Shown here: positions 24,501-37,400 of the stretch, piece after piece
Layout of the letters: each line of letters begins with the position of its first letter
Numbering within the stretch: position 1 is the stretch's first letter
DNA from: Priapulus caudatus
Taxonomy: Eukaryota
Direction of reading: 5' to 3'
DNA length: 58,342 nt
Assembly (NCBI RefSeq): GCF_000485595.1
Contig: NW_014577061.1
Span: 326,488 to 384,829 of the forward strand
Translations under genes and position numbers: made by a program
The notes under the pieces: generated by a model
The model's input: the letters and a program-made list of their open reading frames with translations, nothing else
What the model was told of the DNA's origin: nothing
Databases searched by the model: none

Positions 24501-27500
24501 TCGCAGCTAGGTCCTGCATAGTGCATACCTCCCAAATCCCATTGGTTGATACAAATCACGTGCCTCAATGACGTCACAGTGTTGTCACATTCATGGCACA
24601 TCCATAATCCATAAACCCAATAAGTCTGAATAGCGGAACGCGTACAGCGCCAGCGTCACGGCTGAAAGGTCTTTGGATCGAATCCCATCTGTTTTTTAAT
24701 TATTTTTCTATCTTTATCCATTTAACTATATTATCCCAATTAACGCAAATATTTACATGATTTATTTACAACAATTTAATAACAACAAATAATTTTTACA
24801 ACAATTAATTTTTGTTTTAATTTTTTTAATTAAATTTTAATTAGGGTTAGGGTTAGGGTCACAATGCATCATAAAACAGGAGTTTCAGGCACGTGATTTG
24901 TATCAACCAATGGGATTTGGGAGGTATGCAGGCCCTAGCTGCGAGTCTCAAATGCAGTCTAAGATGTTCAAATTTAAAATATTTTCCTGGGGGAGACCCC
25001 CCAGAACCCCCCAGCATCCGCCTGCAGCGTTTGCATGCGTGCCCAAGGCACGCCTTTGAATCCATCATGCGTGTTTTTTTTTCAAACTGATCATTACCTC
25101 CTTTGTATAATTTTCCCTCAGAAGAAACCCTGGACTGGGTGATTTTTGAGGAAATTGTTCTAGACACGAATTACACTGGGATGAAAAGAGTACCCGCATA
25201 TGAGGTTGTTGTGTTCAATTGTCTGGTATCTGGAGTGGTCACCAGACAATGTTCTTGTAATGGGATACGTACCTCTAGTGTAAAGTATGGTTTGCAGATG
25301 GTAAAAATAGTAGTTGTGTTTAGAAATGTCATGACAAGTTGTTGCATAATGTGTTGGTCAGCGGTAGCCTGTTTGTTGTAGTATGGATGATGGAGATGCG
25401 AAACGGTTGCGAGGGAGTTGTTGTACATGTGGGCAGCACATGTCGGTTGTCCGGGCGCGCGCGACGTCCTTTGTTATCTAGAAATGTATAAAGGAGAAGG
25501 TTCTTGGTGGTGAGGGAGATCGGACGTGAGTGCGCGAGGCACGCGTCTGCGTGCCTCTGTGCGAGCGCATGTGGGTTGAGAAACAATATACTATTTGCTG
25601 AACACAACTGCTTGGAGTTTGGAGTTTCATTATTCATCGCTACAACTAATCTACATTGAACCGGGTAACGTCATCTTCGTCGTTACACTAGTGATTGGTG
25701 TGATCGTGTGGATTTCTGCTGGTGAATGTATATTTACCTAGCCTTTATGGATTGTGAAAAATGCTATTTCTTAGGCAAATAAGTATCTGTTTTCAAGGGA
25801 GGCCCAACCCAACTGTTGCAAAACGGTCGTGACACTGATAGAATGACCCTATTTGGCACAAACAACTCTAATGTATGTAGTTGACTTAGATACATACATG
25901 TGTAAATAGTCTTGGGACAGTCTCAGTAAGTTTGTTAGGAATTTTCCTGTCCAGAGCTTGTTATTGCATGCCAATAATGTACGTGACCAGATTTTGTGTA
26001 CTTGTGCTCCAAGGCCCTCATGTAGCCTCACTGTTTGTTTTTCAGGGGTATCTTGTTTAGGGCAATGTCTACTGCTGATGCTACGGCAACATAACAAGGA
26101 CCATTTTATCAACAATTTCTAATCAGATTGTAGATGTAATGGGCTGGAATGCCACATCTCCTGGTGTGCATGCATACGCAGGGGTAGAAATTAACTTTTG
26201 AACGCGGGAGTCCAACGTCCGCGGTCTCAAAAAGAGAGTCTGCAGCAAAATGAGGGAGTCTGCAGTCTGAGGTTCACAATTAAAGATATTAACAATAAAG
26301 CATGTGCTTATTTTTAAGATTTGTGCGGTTGCACGTCTGCCAAATTTTCTTTGGACATTAGCTGGAAAAATACGGTAATTCCAGTAGGCCGTGCTCCGGA
26401 ACGAACTAGTTAGTATAGCAGAATTTTCAGGGAGTCACACAGACTCCTGCATATATGTCAAATCAGGGAGTCCGACAGTAAATAAGGGAGTATTTGACTC
26501 CGGACTCGCGTTAATTTCGCACCCTGCTATGAAAATACAGTTAAACAGTTCACAAGAGAATTCTGACCAACTTTCATGTAATCAGGGCACGAAATTCAGA
26601 TTTTTTTGCACCGGCCCAGAGTACAGTTGTAACGTTGAATTAAGAGTTCATGTAGAAATGATGAAGTAGAACTCCAAACTTGTGTCTTGGACTGCATAAA
26701 CTTTAATATCTGCTCACGTCACATCTCCTTGCACACAGCGACAAAGCAACGCGCACAGGCGCGTAAGCGCGTGCGCTTTCTCCCGCGACCACAACCAGCC
26801 TCCTCCACTCCTACATCTCTCTACCTTTCTCAATTTCTCCTAACCTCCTATATATTACCCCCAAACCCTACATCCTGAGCACACATGTCACCCGTTCTCC
26901 CAGACCGCGTCCTACCCCCATTTCACAATGACCCTGGAAACGCCGGACCTAAAACACGTTTATCATTCTCCCTATAACATCAATCTAGCCACACAAGATG
27001 CGCGACGCTCTGTCTACATAGACTACCACTAAAACAACCCCTAGTCTAGCTCCGCTGACTAATTCATGCAACATTTGTAAAATATATGTTACATTATATC
27101 TCCCCCTTCCCCAAGACGATGACTACCCTGTCATCGATTCAGCGTCCCTGCTGATCTACACTTCAACCTAAACCTAAAAAATTCATGAAAGGAAATGAAT
27201 GAAGCATAAAGCTTTCTATACAAAACAAGTAACGATAAAGTTCGATCACCATACAAGTCAGAAATTCAACACATTTGGCAGTGAACATTTTGATATCGCT
27301 GCAATTACTCTCACTCTTGCGTCTTTTTATGCTGTAACGTACGTGGCGTATGCGTATACCATCACGCATTACCGAAACCACGTTTAGCCATGTGCTCCAT
27401 TACATCCTCATTTAAACCTCTTAATCCCATTATTACACACAGCTCCGATGTGGGCCTGACAACCTTTGTCACTTCCACACATCATACAGCCAAACAAAAC

Positions 27501-28122
27501 GCAAAACTGATTTCATATTTTCGATTAAATGTTTTAGGCCTATCAAACTCTAATTGAAAAAGGTGTTTAGCAGTCTGGCAATATAGCGTAAACGTACCGT
27601 TACGACAAATTCAAGAAAACGATCACACATTTCTACACAACGTTTTACACAAAAGATTTTCCCACACAAAGACAAACGGTCACAAGCATCTACCATGAAA
27701 AAAATACCGCGTACTGGCGTACATAAAACAAAGAAAAACAGATAAAAATACACATTTGATGTCACCCTTTCACATCGATTTTCGACGGCACGAGATTAAA
27801 GCGTTCCACCAATTAACTTCTAGAATTCCCTGGATTTTTTTAGCCATTACAGTTCGCAATATATCTTTCACGTCCTCTGTCTCTGCTCTGTCAGCCTTGC
27901 CTTCTCTGTTCTGCTCTCCTCTCTCTCTCTCACATAGGTCGAGACTCGGACTGGCCCTCGCAGCATCACGGATGCAACACCGGCCGGCCCTTCCTTCACT
28001 CTGACTTACTCACATAGTTCTCACGCCGTGTGTATCCACCGTTCTCTCTCCCGCGTCTCGCTCTGTGCCTCCCGTCCTGCTCTCCGTCGTTCTTCGTTTC
28101 TCCTGCTCTTGCTCCTGTTCCC

Positions 28123-28221
<99 letters not shown>

Positions 28222-31200
28222 TCCGTCTTTCTTGCTCTCTCGTCCGCTCTCCGTTTCTCTCTCTTCAGTTTTCTTGTCGCGACGGTCTGTCTACATAGAC
28301 TACCACTAAAACAACCCCTAGTCTAGCTCTTGGTCTACTTACACATCTTGGGGAGAATGTGTGTCGCGTACCAAAAGCACGTCGCTGCGGTTTTTATTTG
28401 ACCTTTACCTTGACCTTGAACATATTTCCCTTGGAACCGCTCTCTAACTCGTCCCCTAATTGACCTAGCGCTACCAAACTTGGTATACTTACACATCTTG
28501 GGGAGAAGGTGCGCAGCGTACCAAAACCAGGTCACTGCGACCTTTATTTGACCTTGATCATATTTCCCTTCTGCTCTATAACTAGGCCCCTAATTGACCT
28601 AGCGCTACCAAACTTGGTATACTTACACATCTTGAGGAGAAGGTGCGCAGCGTACCAAAACCAGGTCACTGCGACCTTTATTTGACCTTTACATTGACCT
28701 TGATAATAACCTTACTTACACATCTTACCTTTACCTTTACCTTACCTTTACCTTGACCTTGATCATATTTCCCTTCCTCTCTATACTCAGCCCCTAATTG
28801 ACCTAGCACTACCAAACTTGGTATACTTACACATCTTGGGGCGAATGTGTGTCGCGACTCGCGTATCAAAACCAGGTCATTGCGGCTTTTATTTGACCTT
28901 GACTTTGACCTTGACCATATTTCCCTTTTGCTATATAACTCGGCCCCTAATTGACCTAGCGCTACCAAACTTGGTATACTTACACATCTTGGGGAGAAGG
29001 TGTGTCGCGTATCAAAACCAGGTCATTGCGGCTTTTATTTGACCTTGACTTTGACCTTGACCATATTTCCCTTTTGCTCTATAACTCGGTCCCTAATTGA
29101 CCTAGCGCTACCAAACTTGGTATACTTGCACATCTTGGGGAGAAGGTGTGTCGCGTACCGAAACCAGGTCATTGCAACCTTTATTTGACATTGACCTTGA
29201 CCTTGACCTTGACCTTCATCATATTTCCCTTCCGCTCTATAACACGGCCTCTAATTGACCTAGCGCGACCAAACTTCGTATACTTACACATCTTGGGGAG
29301 AACACGGGGGATACATGTAGTTGGCGACAACTGCCCTTTCTAGTTGTTTCAAGGATAATGTAAAATGGTGATTCCTGTATGGAACCTCTTTTACCATATA
29401 TATAAGGTCTCTTTGATTATATTGTACAACTTGAATCTATGTTTACATGTTAACAAAAATGTTTACATGAAAATGCCCTTTAACCTATTGCCAGTGTGCT
29501 CTACATAAACAGTGAACATACATGTGTCAATCGCTCTGGTGGGTCATAGACACGGACTTTTCCCGAATTCCTGTTTAACCATTGAGGTCTTTAATTCTGT
29601 GTAATATAAGATAGAGTGATTCTTGCTCGCTATATTAATATAGCCTTATTATATCAAGGTTATGTAAGATAGTGCGTCATAGCAACCAGTCGATGGTTTG
29701 ACAGAAAACACAAAAGTCATAATTTGAATTTGGTACTTTCATGAGAAACTTCCAAAGTATAGAATTTTTTGTTGATTCACTGTCACAAGTCATATTTTAT
29801 TCAAACTGAGTCTAATTTTTAGCTCATCTGACATAGTCAGATGCAGCTTGTAGAATCGCTTGATCGTCCGTGCGTCCGTGCGTCCGTCCGTCCGGTCGTC
29901 CGGTCGTCCGTCAACAGTTGGGCACAAATCTTAACCGCTCGNNNNNNNNNNNNNNNNNNNNNNNNNNNNNNNNNNNNNNNNNNNNNNNNNNNNNNNNNNN
30001 NNNNNNNNNNNNNNNNNNNNNNNNNNNNNNNNNNNNNNNNNNNNNNNNNNNNNNNNNNNNNNNNNNNNNNNNNNNNNNNNNNNNNNNNNNNNNNNNNNNN
30101 NNNNNNNNNNNNNNNNNNNNNNNNNNNNNNNNNNNNNNNNNNNNNNNNNNNNNNNNNNNNNNNNNNNNNNNNNNNNNNNNNNNNNNNNNNNNNNNNNNNN
30201 NNNNNNNNNNNNNNNNNNNNNNNNNNNNNNNNNNNNNNNNNNNNNNNNNNNNNNNNNNNNNNNNNNNNNNNNNNNNNNNNNNNNNNNNNNNNNNNNNNNN
30301 NNNNNNNNNNNNNNNNNNNNNNNNNNNNNNNNNNNNNNNNNNNNNNNNNNNNNNNNNNNNNNNNNNNNNNNNTGCGTAGGTAAATGGATGAGTGCTTACC
30401 TATTCTGTCTTGCAAATAGTTGTTGCTACTACGATCCCAACGAACATTCTTTTGAGAAGGTTCCTGATACCATCCCTGTGCATTCCACTGTTTCGGCGTG
30501 TATGTGAACACATTTGGGACTAACAAGGTTTACTAGAATCCCACCACTCCACCACAGAGTCACCGCAGTAGACGTTAGATGAGCGCTGTCGCTCTGCGGC
30601 ACTTGTTAAGCACACAATGATAAAATCGATCATTAGTCGATCATCCAGTCGTTCACTAAAAGTAAAAGTGATGATTGATCTGGATTTTTGAACCAGTTTC
30701 CAGCACTGCTATTAATTTTTCTTGAAAAGGGGTTGTCACTGGCCATATTCTGTGGTTTGTTCTGTTGTCCCCCTTTTCTCTAGACTGGAAAATTTGTTGT
30801 TGCCAGTTGCTATGTATTTATTGTCTGTGTTAACTACGTAGAGGAAGTAGTAACTGTCTAGAACGTAGAAGTAAAACACGCAATAAGTTGATTTCAAAGA
30901 GTTTAGACAGATGAATATTTTGCAGGAGATAATGTGAATGCCATCCAAAACTCGCAGGGGCCTAAAATCTGACATTTGTTGGAGTTCTAATGTACTCCTC
31001 AATAGGTCTCTGTTTTATTAGAGGGGTGCAGCATCTGAATCAACCTGTATTAAGATCATTAACAGCAGGGGTCGAGGGCGGAACTTGATCCTGCCTAGGT
31101 CCTTCAAATTGCTAACCATTTAATAATGGTGACAATTTTCCTATTCGGAATTCCCTTATTATTTTTCAGGAAAACGGATACAGGAGTGGATATGCGTGAT

Positions 31201-34107
31201 AGTCTGCTTTCTACTAGTTGTGTACAATGGACTGAATCTGTATAGCTACTTTAGGATAGAGCAGTGGATAACCATCTTAATTTGTGCAGGTAAGCCTTTA
31301 CCACATTGTTATGTTGCAATGTTCGCTTATTCTTAATAACCCTTCTCAAAACTGAACCCATACCCTAAGCAGTACTTTGTTCAGATATCTAACCTGAACC
31401 TCATTAGAAAATAGCCGAATAGCCGCTAGCCGCTTATATAGCAATATTAACTAACTGACTGGCTGGCGGATGTACAGACGGAATTGTAGATTTTTGGAAC
31501 AATAGGGAACTGATACATTCATAGTATCAGAAGTAGATAATAGGGAAGGTGTGTGACTTCAATAAACAAGGGAAATTCGTCATTTACTAGCCTTAGAATA
31601 CCTACGATTTACTACGCGTAACTCAACCAACTTGAGCTCAAATCGTGCACAGTACATTCGCCTAGCATCGTGCGAAATCGTTTCCTCGTATACACCCGCA
31701 ATCCGGAGATACAGACTAAAACGTACGACACGATTATCCATTCTGTTGCCAGCAAACCGAATGTATAAACCGCCTAACTTGAAACAAAAGGCAGCTACTA
31801 GCGAGCCACACCACAGACTAACGGATAAACAGCACTGATCTCTATAATATATATTATAGGCCTATGATATATATGATAATCAATAATAATAATAATATTA
31901 TAAGACATATTATACTCTATGATATATATTATAGCTAGAGATCAGTGATACACAGACTGGACGAAACGCCAAAATGGTGTAATGCAATTGAATGGTTGCG
32001 CCGCCCAGCGAATGGAGCGGTAGGTACACTAAAAATCTGGCTGTGGTGACACACCGTGGATGTGTAACGTTGTAACATTAAAACGTCTCTATCGTTAATT
32101 ATAATATTTGGACTGGAGTTTAATTAAATACGTTCATGAATCTAGAAGGTCAAATGTTAGTCTTCAAGTAGATTTTGCTCTATTAAACGGCTGTACATTT
32201 ATTTTTACATGCAAAACGTTACGATCATCCACACCGTATCACAGACTAATTCACAATACACACAATACATCAAAATGCGTAATGTGCACACGGTATACTG
32301 TGCTACAGTCTGTAGTTTAATTTATTCCTCAGTCTGTGACCAGATTTTGTGAGATGTTTGTTTTTCTACAAACAATAAAAATAATAAAGACGATAATTTC
32401 CATATTTTTTACCCAAATACCATTAATCCCATTTATTGCTAAGAAGCTTAATCACAAGTGCTGGAGCTTCGATCAGCAATTTACGATTCTGCTTGTTTCT
32501 AGGTTCGGAGTGCAGGAGGGTTACTGACTTCTATCAGAGATGGAACTGCATCCTTTCTTAGCCTCTTAAATTTTTTGACTTGCACTTGTGTTTTTAATAA
32601 AGGTGGAAGGGATCGGGTAAAGGAATTATGGCTAATAAGGTAAAATACAGACAGTTTAAATTTTTTATTAGCAAAATTATTCAGCATGAGTTGGTTTAGT
32701 TTTGATATTGCCATAAGCAATAATGATATACTTCAGTGCCCAGCAGTGAATATTTCTCAACCGTATTTTTCTGTTCATGTATATTTCATGAAATCAAGCC
32801 TGGTACATGTATAACGACCATGAGTCACACGACGAGAAGCAGAGAAAGCAATGTATTTTACTAATTTCCCATACTAATAATAGTTATATTTTTAAATAGG
32901 TACAGCATATCACATTTCAAAGCAGCCAGTGATTTTAATCCTTGTCAGCTGGACACATAAATTGAGATGCCTCAAAATGATTCTCGCAAATTAGCAGATA
33001 TTTGCATTGGCTGTCTTTTAACCCGTCAATGTCGGCTCTTCTTATGTTGCAGATCCACTTCCGAAGTCTATGTACATGATAATCTACATGTGTCATGTGA
33101 TGTGGTGTATTATTTACAAACACTACATACATACATACATTAACATACATAACATAGCGCATACATACATACAGTACATACATACACATACATACATACA
33201 TACCATACATACATACATACATACCATACAATTACATAGATACATACATACATACATACATACATACATACATACATGAGCAATACATACATTACATACA
33301 TAACATACATCACCATACATGAGCATACATACATACATACATACCTACATACATACTACATACATACATAGCCCATACATACATACATACATACATACAT
33401 GACATACATACATACATACATAACATACATACATACATACATACCATACATACATACATACATACATACATACACTTTACATAACATACCATACATACAT
33501 ACATACAATAACAACACGTACATTACATCACAGTAGGCGAATAGCTACATACATACATGCATGACATACATACATACATACATGACATACCATAGCATAC
33601 GATACATAAGCATACAGTACATACATAGCATACCAGTACAACATACATACCATACATACATACATGACATAATACATACATACATACATACATACATACA
33701 TACATACGAACTCAAATATAGATTAGATGTGACGGATTATATGGCTGGGCAATTCAACACTTTAGTTGATGAAGTAAAGTTTCAAGCGTCATGGTTCGTA
33801 GAGTTTAATCCCTGATGCTTGATGCAGACTGATGAGAACGTTTGTTAATAAACTTTATGGTGAATATAGCTACCCTCGCACCTACCGACTAAATGCAGTG
33901 CAAGCGATAAACAGATAAATCACATGCCACTGTTTAAGATGCAGCTGCATCGGCTAACGCACATCACCTCTAAAAGCCCGATCCTTAGCTGCATAAGCAC
34001 CGACGCCACAATGCTATGAATCGAACTGCACCATACTAATAGCATTTACTTAAATGATATTCATTAGTCCCTTAGTTGGATTCAACTGAGTCTCGAGAGT
34101 CGGCCAT

Positions 34108-34138
<31 letters not shown>

Positions 34139-34379
34139 GTCGTTCTCTTGTCCCTCAGTCATTTTCGCCTGTCGCCTCCCTCCCGCCTCTGCTCTATCCT
34201 ATCTCGCCCGCCTCGTCGCGGCGGTCAGTGCTCTCTCTCTCTCTCTCATCCCCCCGAGGTGGGTCGTCTCTCTGCTCTCTTGCTCTCTCCCTCTCTCTCT
34301 CTCTCTGCCTTCTCTCTCCTCCTCGTGGATTGCTCTTCTCTCTCTCTCTCGCTCTGCTGCTCGTCTTCTGCTCTCTCTG

Positions 34380-34410
<31 letters not shown>

Positions 34411-37400
34411 CGCTTCTCTGCTCTCTCATCTCCTCTCGTCTCATCTCTCTTCTCTCTCCTCCTCTGTCTCTCTCTCTCTCTCTCAGTTCGTTCTCTTCTC
34501 TCTCTCTCTGCTCTCTCTCTGNNNNNNNNNNNNNNNNNNNNNNNNNTCTTAGAGTGTCTTCCAGCGTTAGAAGCTTGCGTTTCTTCATGGGCAGAGCGAC
34601 ACAGATTGACATTTGCCTTTCTGGCATACGTGTCGACACGAATGTGTTTTAAGATTGTGCTCCCTCGCTACTCTCGTGCACAGAGGTCCGTTTCGTTTCC
34701 TCAGATACTACCACTTTGGTGCACAGATTGGATACAATTCATCTCACGTTATTAATAGTCCAATTATGATAACTCCTGTTATAATGTTATTGCTATACGC
34801 GTGTTCTGATTACGCGGCGCCCTGCTAGCTTTAATCATAAGGGCACCACGCAAGCACGGCACGGCATGCACACGCACACACCGCACACATACAACACGCA
34901 CACGCACACATACACACGCACACGCACACACACGCATGCACACGCACAACATACACACGCACACCACACATAGCACACGCACACGCGACGCATGACAACG
35001 CCACACGTACCATTGCACACGCACGAGTGGCACACGTAGCCTGTGGCCCGGTCGCCACCCAGGGCCCCGCCTGACTCTGCACCCCAACAGCACCGCGCTG
35101 AGCCTTGATTACTTTACCTTGCCGCCCAAAACCGGGGGAGAAAGAGATCGCATAACTGGTACCGAAACCGGCTTACATGTTTGCACTTCCCTGTTTGCGT
35201 AACCCCGGTGGGAAATGGCAAACTCCTAATTCCTTTGATCAAAACGTTGCTAGCACTTTGTAAACTTCTATTCGTTGTTTAATTTAAAGGCAAAACTTAA
35301 AACCGCAAGTGCGAAAAACTAATTAAAGGCTAATGGGTTGCCCGTTTGTTAAATCCCACAGCCGCACTCCGTACACCACAAACTATATAGACCCGCTGCT
35401 CGCCGAGGCCCATACTTAGTTATCGTGAACGCACGCCACGCACACACACACACACATCACGTACAGACGCGCGTTGCAACACACTCCCGCACACCACGCA
35501 CGCACGCACACAACGCGCGCACGCATTACAAGCGTTTTGAGCTGCATACGATATTAGCGTGGCGTTTAGTGTACTTCGGTTGAGCGGCGTGCGATAGCAA
35601 TGTGCTTGTGATGAGTTATTACATGACAATCTTTAGCAAGACTTCCCGCCAAAGAGAATAAACGTTGATCCGTTATTAAGCATTATTTGAAATATACCCG
35701 GAGAAAAACCAGTCGCAGCCCTGTCGCTAGGGCCTCTAATGCAATGACAAATTAAAGGAATTCTCTACAAGCTCTTCCTCGCCTTGTACTTGGCAATACT
35801 AAGCAAAACCGCGGGTTTTATCATCTTCTGCCATAGAATCCATATTTTCAACAAAAGCACATCTGCTTGAACTGTTAAGTCAAAATGGCGCTTATAATGT
35901 CTGAGCCTCGATTTTCGCTGCCAGATATGTCACGTGATCGTTTTAGCGCGAATATTATTATCAGCCATGTCCGACTCGCTGAGAGTTAGTAATCTCTGAA
36001 AGGATTTGGCCGAATTTTATGAAAAATAAAAAAAGTTATAGGCCATTTATATATCTGGAAGCCTCGATTTTCGTGCTCCAGATATGTCACGTGTTGTTTT
36101 AGGGGAATATTATGGGCTATCCATGTCCCAACTCCCTGAGGTGAGAATCGCTTGAAAGTTTGAGCCGAATTTTATGAAAATAAAAAAAGTTTAGCCATTT
36201 ATATATCAGAGCCTTCCGTTTTCATGTGAAAAATGGGGTTGTTTCTAAACACCCCCTAAAATAGCCCGGTGCCAAGTTCAATGTTGCCAAAATATAGTTT
36301 CATGGTTTCCATATGGCTCCCTCCGACACATGTAGACCTAGCTGTTGCTTGTAGCCTGAATTTTCCACGGGGATATACATTTGCTCCCTGACGATACCCT
36401 GCTTGTTAAGCATTTGAAGCATCAACTAATCGAAAATGGCATCGGGGTATATATCAAGCCGCGTACGGAATTATGGTACGCGTATTGTTGTACTTATCAT
36501 TAATTATCTGTTCTTGTGTCAACCAGAGAGAACGGAGTACGAGATGGGCGTTGCGCAAAAGGATGCAGTTGTTCCCGAACCGCCGAGAGCGGTTAAGCCG
36601 CGCCACTTCCGCCAGCGGACTGGGCCGCACCGCGACCGCGTGTGTTTGTATGTAGCATTTCGCGCTGCCCGCATACGAATTTCGCCGCGCCGAAGCACGA
36701 GGCTGGGCGCGAATCCGTTATAGCGGGAAGCGTAACACTCGCCAGTTTTTCGTCACACCTACACCGGCTCGCGCACGGCGGGCATTGCCTGCTGCCCTGC
36801 TTGCTTGTTGGCGCCTGCCGGCAGCGGGCGAGTATTTGTTGCTGCGGCTGCTTTGCCGCTGTATCTACAGATTAGCTACGTGTCAAACTGGCACGGCCAC
36901 GCCAACCACGTGCTCGCCAGTATACGCAGGCCAGCGAATTTGTTTTTCGCAAACGTGGTATAACAGGAGCAAAGAACTATAGCCCGCCTTGTGATTGGTT
37001 GCTATTCGATTGCTTTGCCATTGACAACGGAACAAAACGCCCATTTTAGTGCGTTCGATTGTTCCCCAAGTTAACCTGTCGTCTACTCGGGCCCAGCCCC
37101 AAATAACGTTCGAGTTTGCGGCAGTTGCACGTGGTATTTTTTCGTTACCCGCGCGTCAAAAAAAAACCCGGCGTGAGAATGAAAAAAATTGAAATGAATG
37201 TGAGCGGCTCGCGAGGTGCCACATTGGGCGGGGGGGGGAATGTATCCCACAATCCAATTGCAAACCATGCACCACTGCATGGCCGACGATATCATTGCGG
37301 GATCAGTGCTGCATGAATTGTAGCAGTGTGATGACTCGCGTGTGTTTGCTCAAGGACGGCGTGAGTGCATAGGATGATCTTTATTTACTGGACATGCTAG

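Noticed and set aside
24620..24697. Functional tRNA genes (also 43689-43763, 48638-48708, 2260-2331)
   Set aside because: A/B-box-like motifs only; no convincing full cloverleaf, and all are embedded in repeats.
30373..30526. Open minus-strand peptide [22 protein letters not shown]...
   Set aside because: Abuts a gap inside a HINE and is not recognisable; the ORF length is inflated by Ns.
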